64,000 bases of DNA. Source: Takakia lepidozioides (Eukaryota > Plantae > Bryophyta). Location: contig CM060732.1 of assembly GCA_030704615.1 (NCBI GenBank), positions 81,220,001 to 81,284,000 of the forward strand, in the 5' to 3' direction. Under the pieces are notes generated by a model, which was not told the origin of the DNA, ran no database searches, and was given only the letters and a program-made list of their open reading frames with translations. Of this stretch, positions 23,943 through 35,739 are shown piece after piece. A program made the position numbers and the translations under genes. Numbering within the stretch: the stretch's first letter is position 1; every line of letters begins with the position of its first letter.

Positions 23943-26795
23943 TCATGCACGACCATGACTACTATCCATGGTAGAATAGTTAATCTTCGTCATCATCATT
24001 GAGGCATCCTTGTTTGGGGAAAGATATAGAACTTGAAAGCAAGTGTTTGCTTGAATGCATGGATAGTTGTGTCGATTGAGAAGTTGTATATTGATGTCTT
24101 TGCCGCCAAAGTACTCTAATCCAGTGATAAAAATAGCCAATCGAGACCTCTCAGCATAGGTCATTTGATCCACACAATCTCGAAACCAATTCTGTTGGAG
24201 GGGCAATATAGATACATCGAATCTGTACTTCCTCAAGAAATCACTTGCTTCAATTGCACAAGCGCCATTGAATATAACACGTATTGTATCAGGAGATATG
24301 CCTTTCAAACGGTCTTTCATTCGATCCTTCATGGTGGGTGCACATGGTGCTTGTTCCACAACCATGTAAAACCCCTCTTGCATTGCCTTCACAATCAAAT
24401 TGCGTCCATTGAAAAGATGACTCCAAACAATGGCTCCAATCTTGTGCTCCACTTCAGATTCCCAAATTTCTTCTGTCATATTGAAATCCGAGAATGTCCA
24501 AGCCAAGTCTTCATGCGTCTCATCCTCTTGTAGTCTTTGAATCAATTTCATTGCCTCCTCTCTTGATTTTCTAAGGCAATTTAAGATTGACCATTTTGTA
24601 GCCCAGCCCAGTCAAAAATCACGTTCTAAATCCTTTTTCATTTTGGACTCCACACCAACGGACATGTTTTTGGACCCGGGGACTTGGTCACAAAACATGA
24701 CCAAAGTTGCGAATGAAAAAGGTCTTGAGACTTCCAATTCGTTCGATGCGAGCATAAAGATCAAATGCCCTAGCATTTTGGCCTGCAATATACACAAACA
24801 AATAGTAAGAATCAACAATGATATCTAACATTCAAACACAACTGGGTGTATCTTCAAAAATAATTCATGCATGTCAATAAAACAAATGACTTTGCAATCC
24901 AAATCTCACCGCATCCAATTGAATGTCTATGCGTATGACCTCAGAATCCAATTTTGGATGCAACAACTTTCCTTGAAGATTGTCAGGATATTCAAATATG
25001 GAATTGTAGCTTTGTGAACCAACAACAAAATCATCAGTCTTTGCTAGTACAATTCAAGTTTGTCATAAAATACAAAAAGCACAAAAAACATCCCTAAGTA
25101 TGCAAAATGTGCATCAAAGCAAATGATTACAAATAATCTTAAGACATGAAAAAAGTTTATGTTTAGTGCTTACGAAAGAGGTGGACCAAAATTGCTTCCT
25201 GCAAGTATTTGTAAGCCATGCATCACGCAAATCATCTTCATCGATAGTCAATCTTTCTGCAATGCCGCTGGAATGAATAAATTCAACATTTGGTCTATAG
25301 CAAGCTCTTTGATGTTTGATCTCATTCCATTGAAGGTTGAAAGCTTGAAGCTCCTTCGTTTGGGTCACCTTGAAAAACAACACGGAAATTTCAACAACTT
25401 CGAAATGTCCAATTCTAAGTGAAAGCAAGCTTACAAAATTAAATACGATCATGACAGTGCATGAACTCACCGGAATCTTGGTAATACTTATGTTGGAAAA
25501 GCCCAACCATCTTTTGTAGGGCTTGAAAACAATTTCACTCATATAATACCAATCTCCAAGGCTGCTAGTCGGAATATTGCCACTTGATTGTTCCATCAAT
25601 CCAAACGAAGACACATCACTGTTTAATCCCACGGTGTGAAGGGTCGTAGAAGGCCTTACCCCATTTGAACCTAACACGCTTTGGTACTTGTGATGTACTA
25701 TCAGCTTCAATTTGAGATGTTGTCATACCATAAGGCCTTTGGACCCTTCGAACATCTTGGGGCACTTGAGTGAGATGAACATCTTGAACTTATGACGGGG
25801 CCATATGAGAATGAGGACAGAGATTGAGAATCTTCAATCTCCATAGGTTTGATTTGTACACTACCACATCGCCGTCCATGGGCATTGGACTTTGTTTCAT
25901 TCTCAACCTCTTTACACCTTCTATCCCTCTTCTTAGGTGGATTTCTTAGGAATTGTTGATAAGCAACAATTCCATCACTTGGGAATGTGCTTACATCAGG
26001 AACATATGACACCTCGCTGTTATCAGGGATATAAACAACAAATGTTGTTGCTGCCAATTGGCCCCATAGAGCCCCACGTTTTCGGATCAATGGCTCTAGA
26101 AAACATTTGTCTGTTGCTCTCCTGGTCCGTTTGAAACAACACTGTCATACGTGGTGTAGGTGTTTGACGATGAGGCTCAAGTTGTGCAAAGTGGGCAGCA
26201 ATCTGAAACTCCACTGTTCCAAGACAGAATGGCTCGGGATAGATTTGCCCACCCCACTGAAGGTTTGCTTTGAGAGAGACCAAAACAACTGGGTTGTCTG
26301 GAACCCAGTTGGAAATCAATGGCATCAAAGCCTCACGATAGGTTGACCACTCTGTTGACCTTGGAAGCATATGGATGTGCCGTTGAATATCTTTGGGAGG
26401 CACATTAGAAGATGCTTGAGGCTGTCTTCTTCGTTGTGTTCTCGACTCACAAATATTTTGAGGAACAGAAACATTCAAGTCATTGACAGTGTCAATTTGA
26501 GTACAAAGACTTGGTACATTTGCCATAGCTTGGACGCCATGACCTTGGCCTTGGGGTGGTGCTGGTACATTTAATCTTGAAGAAGATCCAAATCTGGGTG
26601 GATATGCAAAACGCTCACCCTCTTGTCGAATATGCCCTACAAATGCACTTATTTGACACGGGATTGTGGCAAGTTCGGTATTGAAGAATCCTCAGTGTTT
26701 TGTGATGCACAGTCAGGGTCAATATCCTGCAAGTGATGCGTCCAATCTTCATCTTGTTTGGACATTTCTATATCGTGCACGCCTTTGTGAACCTG
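23943..26795 (-). pseudogene. Transposon-borne HECT E3 ubiquitin ligase gene (spliced; premature stop and frameshift)
   Basis: N-lobe-like RPNVEFI..G....D....RDAWL and KMLGHLIF. C-lobe ERSRLAIFITG...CIQANTCFQVLYL retains the catalytic Cys. In-frame TGA at 24612-24614; frameshift near 26023-26090. Confidence 0.8.
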
Positions 26796-26859
26796 CCAAA
26801 AAAGTAAGAATTGAGATCCATTGAGATCTGTTCATTCCAAAGAAACTAAGTCAAAATTA

Positions 26860-27900
26860 GTCTATATGTAGGTAGAGGTATCGTCATGAGGTAGTTTCCC
26901 TGTTTGGTATACCTACAGAGGTATAGCGTTTGATTTACAAATAAATTTTGTTGTCCTTGAAAGCTAGTGAAATCTCACATATATTTTAGGGTTTATCCAA
27001 TGCCATGTTAAGGTTTAGAAACATCCACAACATTACGCAACTAGCAATAAGAAAGTGGGTAAGGTAACATGTGTTCACTAATTTGGGCATTCATATGGTC
27101 TTATGCGGATACGTCTGAACTTTTGCTATGTGGGAAGTCATTTTTCAGCTGCGACCAGGGGCATATAGACTGAATTATCTTAGGTTTCTTTGTCTTCCAG
27201 ACACTATATCTCTGTAGGTACACCAAACATGACTATTACCTCTTAACGATACCTCTACATGATATAGCATGATTTATCTTGAGTTTCTTTGTCTATCAGG
27301 CGTTATACCTCTGTAGGTATACTAAACAGAGCAACTACCTCATAACGATACCTCAACCTGCATATAGGCTGGTTTGACCAAGTTTCTTTGTAAATCAGGT
27401 GCTATACCTCTGGTGGTATACTAAACAGGGCTACTGTCTCATGATGATACCTCCACATAAATATAGATTAATTTGGCCAACTTTTCTTGTAAAATGAAGT
27501 ACTATACCTCTGTAGATATACCAAACAGGGCTACAACCTAATGACGATACCTCTACTAGTATATATAACTAAGTTTCTTTGTCAATCAAGTGTTACACCT
27601 TTGCCGGTATACTAATCAGGGCTACTACCTCATGACAATATCTCTACATAAATATACACTGATTTTGATATCAAATTTATTTGTAAATCAAACGCTATAC
27701 CTCTATAGGTATAGCAAACAGGGAAACTACCTCATGACGATACCCCTACCTATATATAGTCTAGTCTCTTTGGAATCAAGCGCTATACCTCTGTGAGTAT
27801 ACCAAACAGGGCTAGTACCCAATGACGATACCTCTACCTACATATAGACTAATTTACCAAAGCTAATTAAGTTCCGTTGTAATCAAGCGCTATACCGCTA
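26860..27900. repeat. Internal ~90-100-bp tandem satellite (about 8 units) plus one inverted unit
   Basis: Unit starts near 27203, 27303, 27402, 27502, 27593, 27695, 27783 and 27890. An inverted copy lies at 26860-26947. Confidence 0.9.
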
Positions 27901-28739
27901 CACTTGTGCAAATGGCCTCCATTTAATAGAGGTTGTCATGAAACTTGACTTGGGCATCAAAAAGTAGACTCCTAACCTATCATGCCAAGTGATACCATTC
28001 ATCATCATACCTATCATACCTATCATCATCATGCCAAGTCTAAGGTTGTTGACCACTTATGTGAGAAAAACAAATGTTACATGGAAGCATAAAAATTCTA
28101 CTTTGTGGTTGTACATGCTACATTAGTGTTCCAGAACCTGGAGAGATAGACCTCTCGGTGGCTATGGACCTTTGCAGCAGTTGGAGAAACCATGACTCCA
28201 ATCAACAAAACACAAGTTATCATATTTGAAACCCAAGCTACATGGCATATAAGAGACAAGGGTGCAGCTATTAGTCTTGGTTGAGTATTTGTGTCTCCAT
28301 GAGTGTATATTCAGAATTTTATTACTGTATGCAAAATTCTTAAATTATGAATAGAGGGTTCTTGAAAATGAGACAAGTTGGCCATCATTGTCCCATATGT
28401 GGGGCAGACAAAGATTGTTGGAGAGAAAAGGCGGCCTCGTGAGCCTCACGTTGTGCACTTCCCAATGAAACCCAACAACTTCATAGCCCTCCAGAGATTG
28501 TGCTTCCCAGGTCCTGCCCCCAAGTAGTCAGGTTGGGAGATGATAATGGTTTAGGGTGTATGGTTCAGTATGGACAATAGATATGATGAAGGGAAAAAAT
28601 GATTTTTATTAAACAGAAATCCTCAAAGTACATGACATAAAACAATTATTTTTTAACGTGATTGTCCTACTTGTTCACTTAATCACAATTACATTCAAGA
28701 GCTTGTGTAATTGAAAGTTGGAGAGCTTCCCTTCTTAAC

Positions 28740-31547
28740 ATGGTATTACCAATGAGGTCCAATTGGTCAAAATATTTATGTTCATGCGTTGCCAAACCAC
28801 AATACCGAGACTACATGTAGTAGTGGAGATGAAAACAAGAGATCGAATCCTTCCCAACCTTTCTAATTTCATAAGCTTGTGCACGGACACGAACCATGTC
28901 AGGAATGAGTTCAGCTCCTTTGGTGGGAAGGTCATGCAAACCACCTGCACATCGCCACCTTTGATTCCCACGAGGCCCCAAGTCTTGGTTACCAATGTGT
29001 TGGGGACTTCCCTAAATCGTGGGTCATCAACAAGGTGGCTGGTCCATCTACATAATCAAATACATCACCACATTAGAATAACATTCCAATGTAAATTGTA
29101 GCTTAACAATGAAAGTACAAACAAGAGAAAACCATGAGCTTACCCATGCAAACATTCATACTCGCGAAAGAAACGAGCAGAAACATGTGATCGACGATAT
29201 CGACCGTTTTCATTAATCGTGCGAACTTGATGTCCATTCCAAATCTTCACGTATTCATCAACAGCTTCTTGTACTATGGGCATATATACGTGAATAAAAG
29301 ATTCTCGTTGCCACGGATCGTCCATATCCAATAATCCATCATTGACCATTGCCTGGACGCAATTTTTGTAGTAGAACATTACCTTCTCCCATAGATGCCA
29401 CCAAAAGTGTTCAATCCTCTAATGTGGTGATCACACCACACAAAATATTAGAAATATGCACAACATCACACACTCAATGATTAATAGAGATGAACCGAAA
29501 AATATAAAGTTGATATGCAAGATAGAATTGTATAGAGCACTAACCTGATTGTGTGTGGAAGACCCAATCAAGTACGGATTGGGTGTTTCAGAACGTGTGG
29601 TTCAATGTGTTGTTTTATGAGAGTCTTTTGAAAATGGTTTTTTCTTTCTTGTTTCTTGCAACGTTCAATTTGTCATAAGCTGCACCACGAATTACACACA
29701 TGTTTTAGTTTGCCTACAATTTTGTGCGATATGTAATGCAAGCAAACGTCTTGCATGTGTATCTTCAAAGAACATTAAGATGCATGAGATAAAATACTTA
29801 CAGTCAATGTGCCATAGAGCCATAGGCATTGTACCGAGTCCTCCGAATTGCCTGTGCCCTTCTCCTACGCTCATAATGGTAGGGTGAGATGATTTTCAAA
29901 GCTTCCCCCACCTTCCTTCGAGGAATCTGCAAATTTGACCTCCTTAAGGCAGATTGCATTGTTCTCATTCCCCACTTTGTCCCATTCTCTTCAATAGGAA
30001 GTAACTATTGAATATTTTTACACAAGCGTCAGAAGGGTTAGTTTGAAATCGCAGCTGATTGGTGAACACATATACGATACAAATAAGAAATATGCAAAGA
30101 TAGAATAATACCTTAGTTTGCCTCATAGTAGGTTAGCAAGCTGCTTGTCACCTCTTTTCGCAACTTGCGGCGATGCACCTTCCAGTGATCCTTGCCATCC
30201 CCATAGATTCTCTTCAAACGTGCCAAGTCTTGTTTGTAACCCCTAATTGGTTTGCACTGAGCAAGTTTTTTCCTCACCCACTTACTAGTCGCATTCGCAC
30301 CCACGACATCATCCAAGGTCTTAGCTGATAAATCGCCCCTTCCCCATTTGCGAATCCCGAAGTGGTCGTACACATCTTCATCGAACAATATTGCCAACAA
30401 TGGTGCTCGCTTCTTCTTGCTCTCCATGGCCATAGAACCACCCTGTGCCATTTCCCACATTCGCTCCGTTTTCAATTTGAACCTGTAACGCGCCTTGTTG
30501 TCGTGTACCCTATTTCTCTTATCTGCATCCCCATAGATCTACATGTCCGTCCTATGGTAATTCTGCTTTCTCTTCTTCCCATCCGTAGGGCGACCTGGCT
30601 TACCTGGAAGGAGGCAAGGACCTCCACACTTCACCACAAGGTGGTTGTGGAAGTTATGCTTGTCCTTCTGACCCATGGAAGGTCCTTCGCCGCAGATCAA
30701 ACAAAACCAATGTCCATTCTCCCGTTTGTAGTGCACCTCCTCTTGTGCAAACGATCCATCTAAATAACATAGATAGTGGATGTGTGAAATTAGGCATACT
30801 AGGGTTTTAGAAATGGAGATTTCACCTACATAATGATACCTTTGTAAAGATATTTGTCTCTAGGCATCTATTATACTTTTGTGTTACCACTACACCTATC
30901 TTACACATAATGCTAATACCTCTGTACAGAAAAAGACACATTTTAATACCTCTGTGGAAGTAAAGACGTTGCATACAATCCAAGCAATAAAAGAATGAAA
31001 ATGTACTTGAAACTAGGAGTCCCCTAGGAGTCCCAAGAGTTGTAAGTAAGCATGAACTTACTTCCTCGTCCTCCTAACATAGATAGTGGATGTGTGAAAT
31101 TAGGCATACTAGGGTTTTAGAAATGGAGATTTCACCTACATAATGATACCTTTGTAAAGATATTTGTCTCTAGGCATCTATTATACTTTTGTGTTTACCA
31201 CTACACCTATCTTACACATAATGCTAATACCTCTGTACAGAAAAAGACACATTTTAATACCTCTGTGGAAGTAAAGACGTTGCATACAATCCAAGCAATA
31301 AAAGAATGAAAATGTACTTGAAACTAGGAGTCCCCTAGGAGTCCCAAGAGTTGTAAGTAAGCATGAACTTACTTCCTCGTCCTCCTGGCACTCCTCGCCC
31401 TCCTCCTGTTAGCGCCAGGTCTGTCGAGGTAATAGGAGGTGTTACGACGTCACTGTTTGCTACAACAGACACAACCAAAGATAAAGGGGCTTCATGACGT
31501 CTTGATTTCAATTTGATACGCTTCCCTGTTTTGTTGGATCTTCCCAT
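28740..31547 (-). pseudogene. IS3-like (IS3EU/integrase-core type) DDE transposase gene with introns, defective
   Basis: Exon 1 ATG 31547; exon 2 from 30760 with Zn-finger-like WFCLIC..H..H...C and KPGRP. Then WGMRTMQSALRRSNLQIPRRKVGEALKIISP..RRRRAQAIRRTRY..ALWHID|SYDKL and LIGSSTHNQ|RIEHFW..GLLDMDD...VYMPIVQEAVDEYVKIWNGH. Stops at 30539 and 30113; the region for the middle catalytic Asp appears deleted. Confidence 0.82.
30765..31385. repeat. Near-perfect 310-bp tandem duplication in transposase intron 1
   Basis: 30765-31074 vs 31075-31385 differ, by eye, only by one inserted T. Confidence 0.95.
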
Positions 31548-32339
31548 TTAGATACCTTCATGTCTCCTGAAAAAAACAATGTTGTTTGAAAAGCTCGGTG
31601 CTCCGAGCTCGTAGCACTGGATCTCTATTCCTGTCTCCACATAAAGACAATGTTGTTATAGGGCAGAGAACACACCCTGAAGTTGTCTATTGCTGCCTGC
31701 AGGCTCTTGAGATGTGGATCTCCTTTTTGCAGATTGGCTAGCAACCTAAGCTTGCAGAGACAATAAACACTCAACATAAACACTGACCATCAACCTAAGC
31801 TTAATTCCAAGCATTACAGACCAGCCATGACACAAATACTAACCCCTTCACTCCAATTGTTCTTCATGTGTTTTGTTCACAGATTAGTTTACCAGTTAGG
31901 GCCTTCTAAAGAATACAAGCACTGCTGCAAACACAGTTGTTGGCTATCAAAGTGGTTCAAGTTACACCATTCCAATGCAAATGACACTAGAAACAGATCA
32001 ATTGAATGAAATGACACTGACAGGTTGAGTCCGAGTACAAGTGCTCAAAAATTAAGAATGGTTGCTCGATTCAAGCAACTTAGTTTTTGTAAGCTGTATA
32101 ACTAGCATGAATGAGGTTCACTTGTAGAGTCAGGCACATTTAGCACGAGAAAAATGAAGCCAACCAGCTCCCTAAACTCCTTTCCTAACATTGTTACCCA
32201 TGTTGAGCACCACATCTGAAATAAGACTGTCTCAAATTGATTCAGATATGTACCTTGTCACGAGTGGTGCATGTAGCTTCCCTGTACCCACAGTAAACCC
32301 TAATTATTGTTACAATTTGCTCAAAGGGTTTAGTTAGAA

Positions 32340-32880
32340 ATCAGTGGACTCCAGCCATATTGTCCCACACTCCCTTTTGCATCCTGGATACCCCCACATT
32401 TGGCATACATGTCCACAAGGGCATTTTCAAGAATGATACTTGGTACAATCCCAACTTTCCTGATGTTAGCATAGACCTCTTTGTCATTTTCTAGGGCTGC
32501 TACGCATTGTGAAGGCAACCAAATGTTACCTAGTTGGGTTTTTATCTCTTTCAACATCATTTGCTCATAGGTCTCCAAAGCCTCCATCCCACAACCATGT
32601 TGGGCATATCCTACAATCAGTGCGAACTCCATGACACCACATCTTGTTTAGCCATATTGTCAAAGACTCCCTTTGCATGTCAGCTTTCATATCAGCACAT
32701 GGACTTCTTTGCCCTTTTCCAGGGCTGCTAGGCTTGCATACGCATTGCAAAGGCAAACAAATGTTACTTGGTTGGGCTGTACCCCTTTCAGCATCATTTG
32801 CTCATAGGTCTCCAAGCCTTCATCCTACAACCATGCGGCATATCCTGCAATCATTGCACTCCATGATACCACATCTTGCG
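32340..32880 (-). pseudogene. Captured PLS-PPR fragment
   Basis: GYAQHGCGMEALETYEQMM...ENALVDMYAKCGGIQDA, with frameshifts. Confidence 0.85.
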
Positions 32881-33679
32881 GTAGAAGACCTTAGTTCAAA
32901 ACACAGGAGAAATGGAGACATACCCTTCGAGTTGGAATCATGCCGCTCGTAGCCCACCACCTTGCACACCTGCTGTCGTTGCAATGTCTGAACAGGCAAC
33001 CCCCTCTTATGGTTATTCTTTCCTAAAGTCCTCTCATAGGTAATGGCACCATAACACTGGTTGTTCACTGCAAGTACGAAGCCTTCTCATATCTTCAAAA
33101 CAACTCCGTATCTAGCTCAAGGATTTTAGAAAAGAGCTCAAAAGGTTCATAGCAAAAGAGTGGCCCTCACTTGCACCCGTCCCAAGAAAATTGTTTTCCT
33201 GAGGATGTGCGAGGTGACTGGCAAATGCTATAGCTATCCAAAATGAACCAATAAGTAGTCGGGTCCGAGGGAATACGACCAACCTAATTGGCTACCATTA
33301 TGTAAGGGAGTCAAAAGTGTAGACCACTTGAGCCAAAAATCACCTAAGTGTCTGTGCGGGAAGGGGTTGTCAAATTTACAACACAGCTGAAGCCAACATC
33401 ACTGGTTCCTTGGGAAGATATCACATAGAAGATACCTTAAAGTCTCTTCTTCCTAGAAGATGTGACAATAGCCATTGTTCTGCTATTTCTCCCTAGTTCA
33501 TGTAGTGCAAAGGCAGCAGCTCACTTGCCAGCATTGAACATTTAGGGTAAACCATTTGCATCCTCTTCTATACATGGCATGATGAAAAGCTTCTCATCAG
33601 AGCCCTCGAGAAATTTTGGAAACATTGGCTCGAAACTACAAAAACCTGAATTGCTTCGAGGAACAAAGCCTAGGCTCAC

Positions 33680-34200
33680 TTTGAGAATCCGCGTATTAAT
33701 CGACATCAGACTTGAGGGCGCTCAGCTGACCTTCCGACACAACTGTGATCATTGATAGTTATCAGAACTTTGGCCTGGAATGCAATTGCATATGCATTTG
33801 GGTTGCAAAAAACCTCAAAGAAAACACCATCATCTCCTGTTTGCCGGTACTCCATTGTGTCCCATCTCCGTGGCCTCGTGGCCTTCTCCTTCTCTTTAAA
33901 TGTCGTCAGGAGGCCGACGATGGCAGAGCTTAGACCCTTGGCTGCGTCTACTGAGAATAGCAGAGTGAGCGACGTCTCCCCGATGTGGAAGGTGATGGGG
34001 GGTTTCGCTGCGAGAATCAAGCAGATTCTTCCGATCAAAATTGCGGAAGGCCGAACACAATCCAAGCCTAAGACCAACTAAGAAAAACACAACTACTTTA
34101 CAGCCCACCGAAAACTTTGGATCAGCTCCACTGTCCCAGGTCCTCACTTCCCCGCTCACAAGTCTCTAGAAACAAAGAGAATCTGTCAATAAACACCATG
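33680..34200 (-). pseudogene. Captured intronless gene similar to a conserved cyanobacterial/plastid-type hypothetical protein
   Basis: FSVDAAKGLSSAI..LL...MEYRQTGDDGVFFEVFCNPNAYAIAFQAKVLITIND, then a frameshift to ..VSEGQLSALKSDV. This recalls the cyanobacterial motif MEY..TG.VFLEIFCNPN..P.PFAAKVL.T (from memory). It lies directly inside the right TIR. Confidence 0.55.
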
Positions 34201-34251
34201 GCTCCATTCGTAGTACAACAGTCGATTTATTTCCCCTGTCCCATCCCTGGC

Positions 34252-34525
34252 CGGGCAGCAGGAATAGTTGTATTTTCAGCTTATACTCTCGTATGTGTAT
34301 GTGTATATGATGAATATATATACATACATATACATTATATAAAAAATACGTAAGAATTTATAGTTTGCAATTCAATTCAAGTGAATTGCGAAATGACAAT
34401 TCAATTGAATTGCAAATTAGGGTTATTTTCAAGCTGGTTTTTTTGCAATTGAATTGCGTACTTTTAGTGGGGTGATCAAGTGAATTGCGATGCATTTCAC
34501 ATCAAGGCCTATTTGGAATTCCTTA
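34252..34525 (-). repeat. Right TIR of the 17.2-kb element
   Basis: Reverse complement of 17310-17562, ending GGCCTATTTGGAATTCCTTA before TSD GCCACG. Confidence 0.92.
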
Positions 34526-35739
34526 GCCACGTTCCACATGGTGAAGAGGGGAGCGGGGACCGGGAATAGGGGAGCGAGTCGCATTCCACATGGCGAGGAG
34601 GGGAGAAGGGACCGGGAAGAGGGGAACAAGGACAATGGACAGGGATAGGGGAGCGGGCCTAGGAACAAGGAGCGGACAGAGGAGCGGACATTGGGAACAG
34701 GAGGAGCGGAGCGAGGATCTCTTCTCATTGGAAATAGGGTGGGCCATCGCAGTCCCTGAAATGTACTAACAGTGCTTATCGATCTTGACAGGGCGCCCCG
34801 CCGGAACATCGCCGGTACGGCCATCCCCGGCTTGCGTGCCGACAAGTCTTCTCCGTGCATTATACATTTTTGTATTTCCCTTGTACTCTACTTGTGGCTG
34901 GCTAGTATTACGCTATATAATGAAACGACGAAGAGAACTCAGCCCAGTTCTTTATGCCTGACGTTATGGTCACGAGATGGTTTTTCTGCCATTTACAGGG
35001 AATTTCCCTGTAACCTTCATAATCTCCCTGACAGCTGGACATTTTACCCGCCGCGGCCCCTACCACCACCCGTGGAACCCTACTACTTTAAATGTAACTG
35101 CTAAACGATATGGGATAATAGCAAATTGGGAATAGTAAATCAAACCAAACTAAAGGATAATAGAAAGTTCAAAGACAAGAAGCTTTGTCACTGAATCATG
35201 ATCTGTTTCATCAAAATAGTTTGATATATGGTCTTGCAGATTGTGGTAACTGTGTACAAATTTCTAAACTACAAAGTAAATCTATTCAATTGTTGGAGTC
35301 TCTGTAAACTCAGAACTACTGGCATCTACATCTCTTTTATCATTCCAGGAGCAAGAGTCTTCTCTTTCAGAGTTGTGGCATCCTTCATCTTGATAACAGG
35401 ACTAACCGGAGTCAAAACATCCTTCAGAAGACTAGCTGCCATATTAGGATCCACAATCGTGAGCGTTATATTACTTATGAAACTGGTGGGGCTGACCGTA
35501 ACGACCAGCTCCTGGGGGAAGGCGGAGCCCGCCTTCCCGCCGCCAGCCTCTGCTAAATATCTTAGTCATGACTAAATCCATAGGGTTTCACCATTTTCCT
35601 ACTTTCCTCAAGGGCGTTACCCCTCTTTGCAGCGGATCCACTAACTTACCCCTAGCTAGGTGTTTAGCACCGTCTCCCGCCATAGCTCGTCCAGTGGCCC
35701 TTGGCTCTTCCTTGCAGCCTCGCAACACCCCTGCTTCAC

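Larger units (their letters stand above)
17310..34525 (-). mobile_element. 17.2-kb IS3EU-like DNA transposon with HECT E3 ligase and captured gene fragments
   Basis: Long TIRs 17310-17562 / 34252-34525, TSD GCCACG (17304-17309, 34526-34531), flanks rejoin into one repeat unit, internal IS3-like transposase and HECT gene. Confidence 0.85.

Noticed and set aside
27195-27900. Regularly spaced repeats resembling a CRISPR array
   Set aside because: Whole units are homologous with no unique spacers, the context is eukaryotic, and no cas genes are present.
30113-30541. In-frame TAG/TAA stops possibly rescued by U-to-C editing or readthrough
   Set aside because: Such editing is organellar. C-to-T decay of methylated TE DNA explains them, and the gene also has deletions.
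17303-34532. hAT classification from the alternative 8-bp TSD parse (AGCCACGT)
   Set aside because: The internal transposase has IS3-like, not hAT, motifs, and the TIRs are far longer than typical hAT TIRs. The 6-bp parse gives symmetric TA...TA ends.
35516-35538. Perfect hairpin GGGAAGGCGG-AGC-CCGCCTTCCC as a Helitron 3' end or terminator
   Set aside because: No convincing CTRR|T terminus at the expected distance and no matching 5' end identified.
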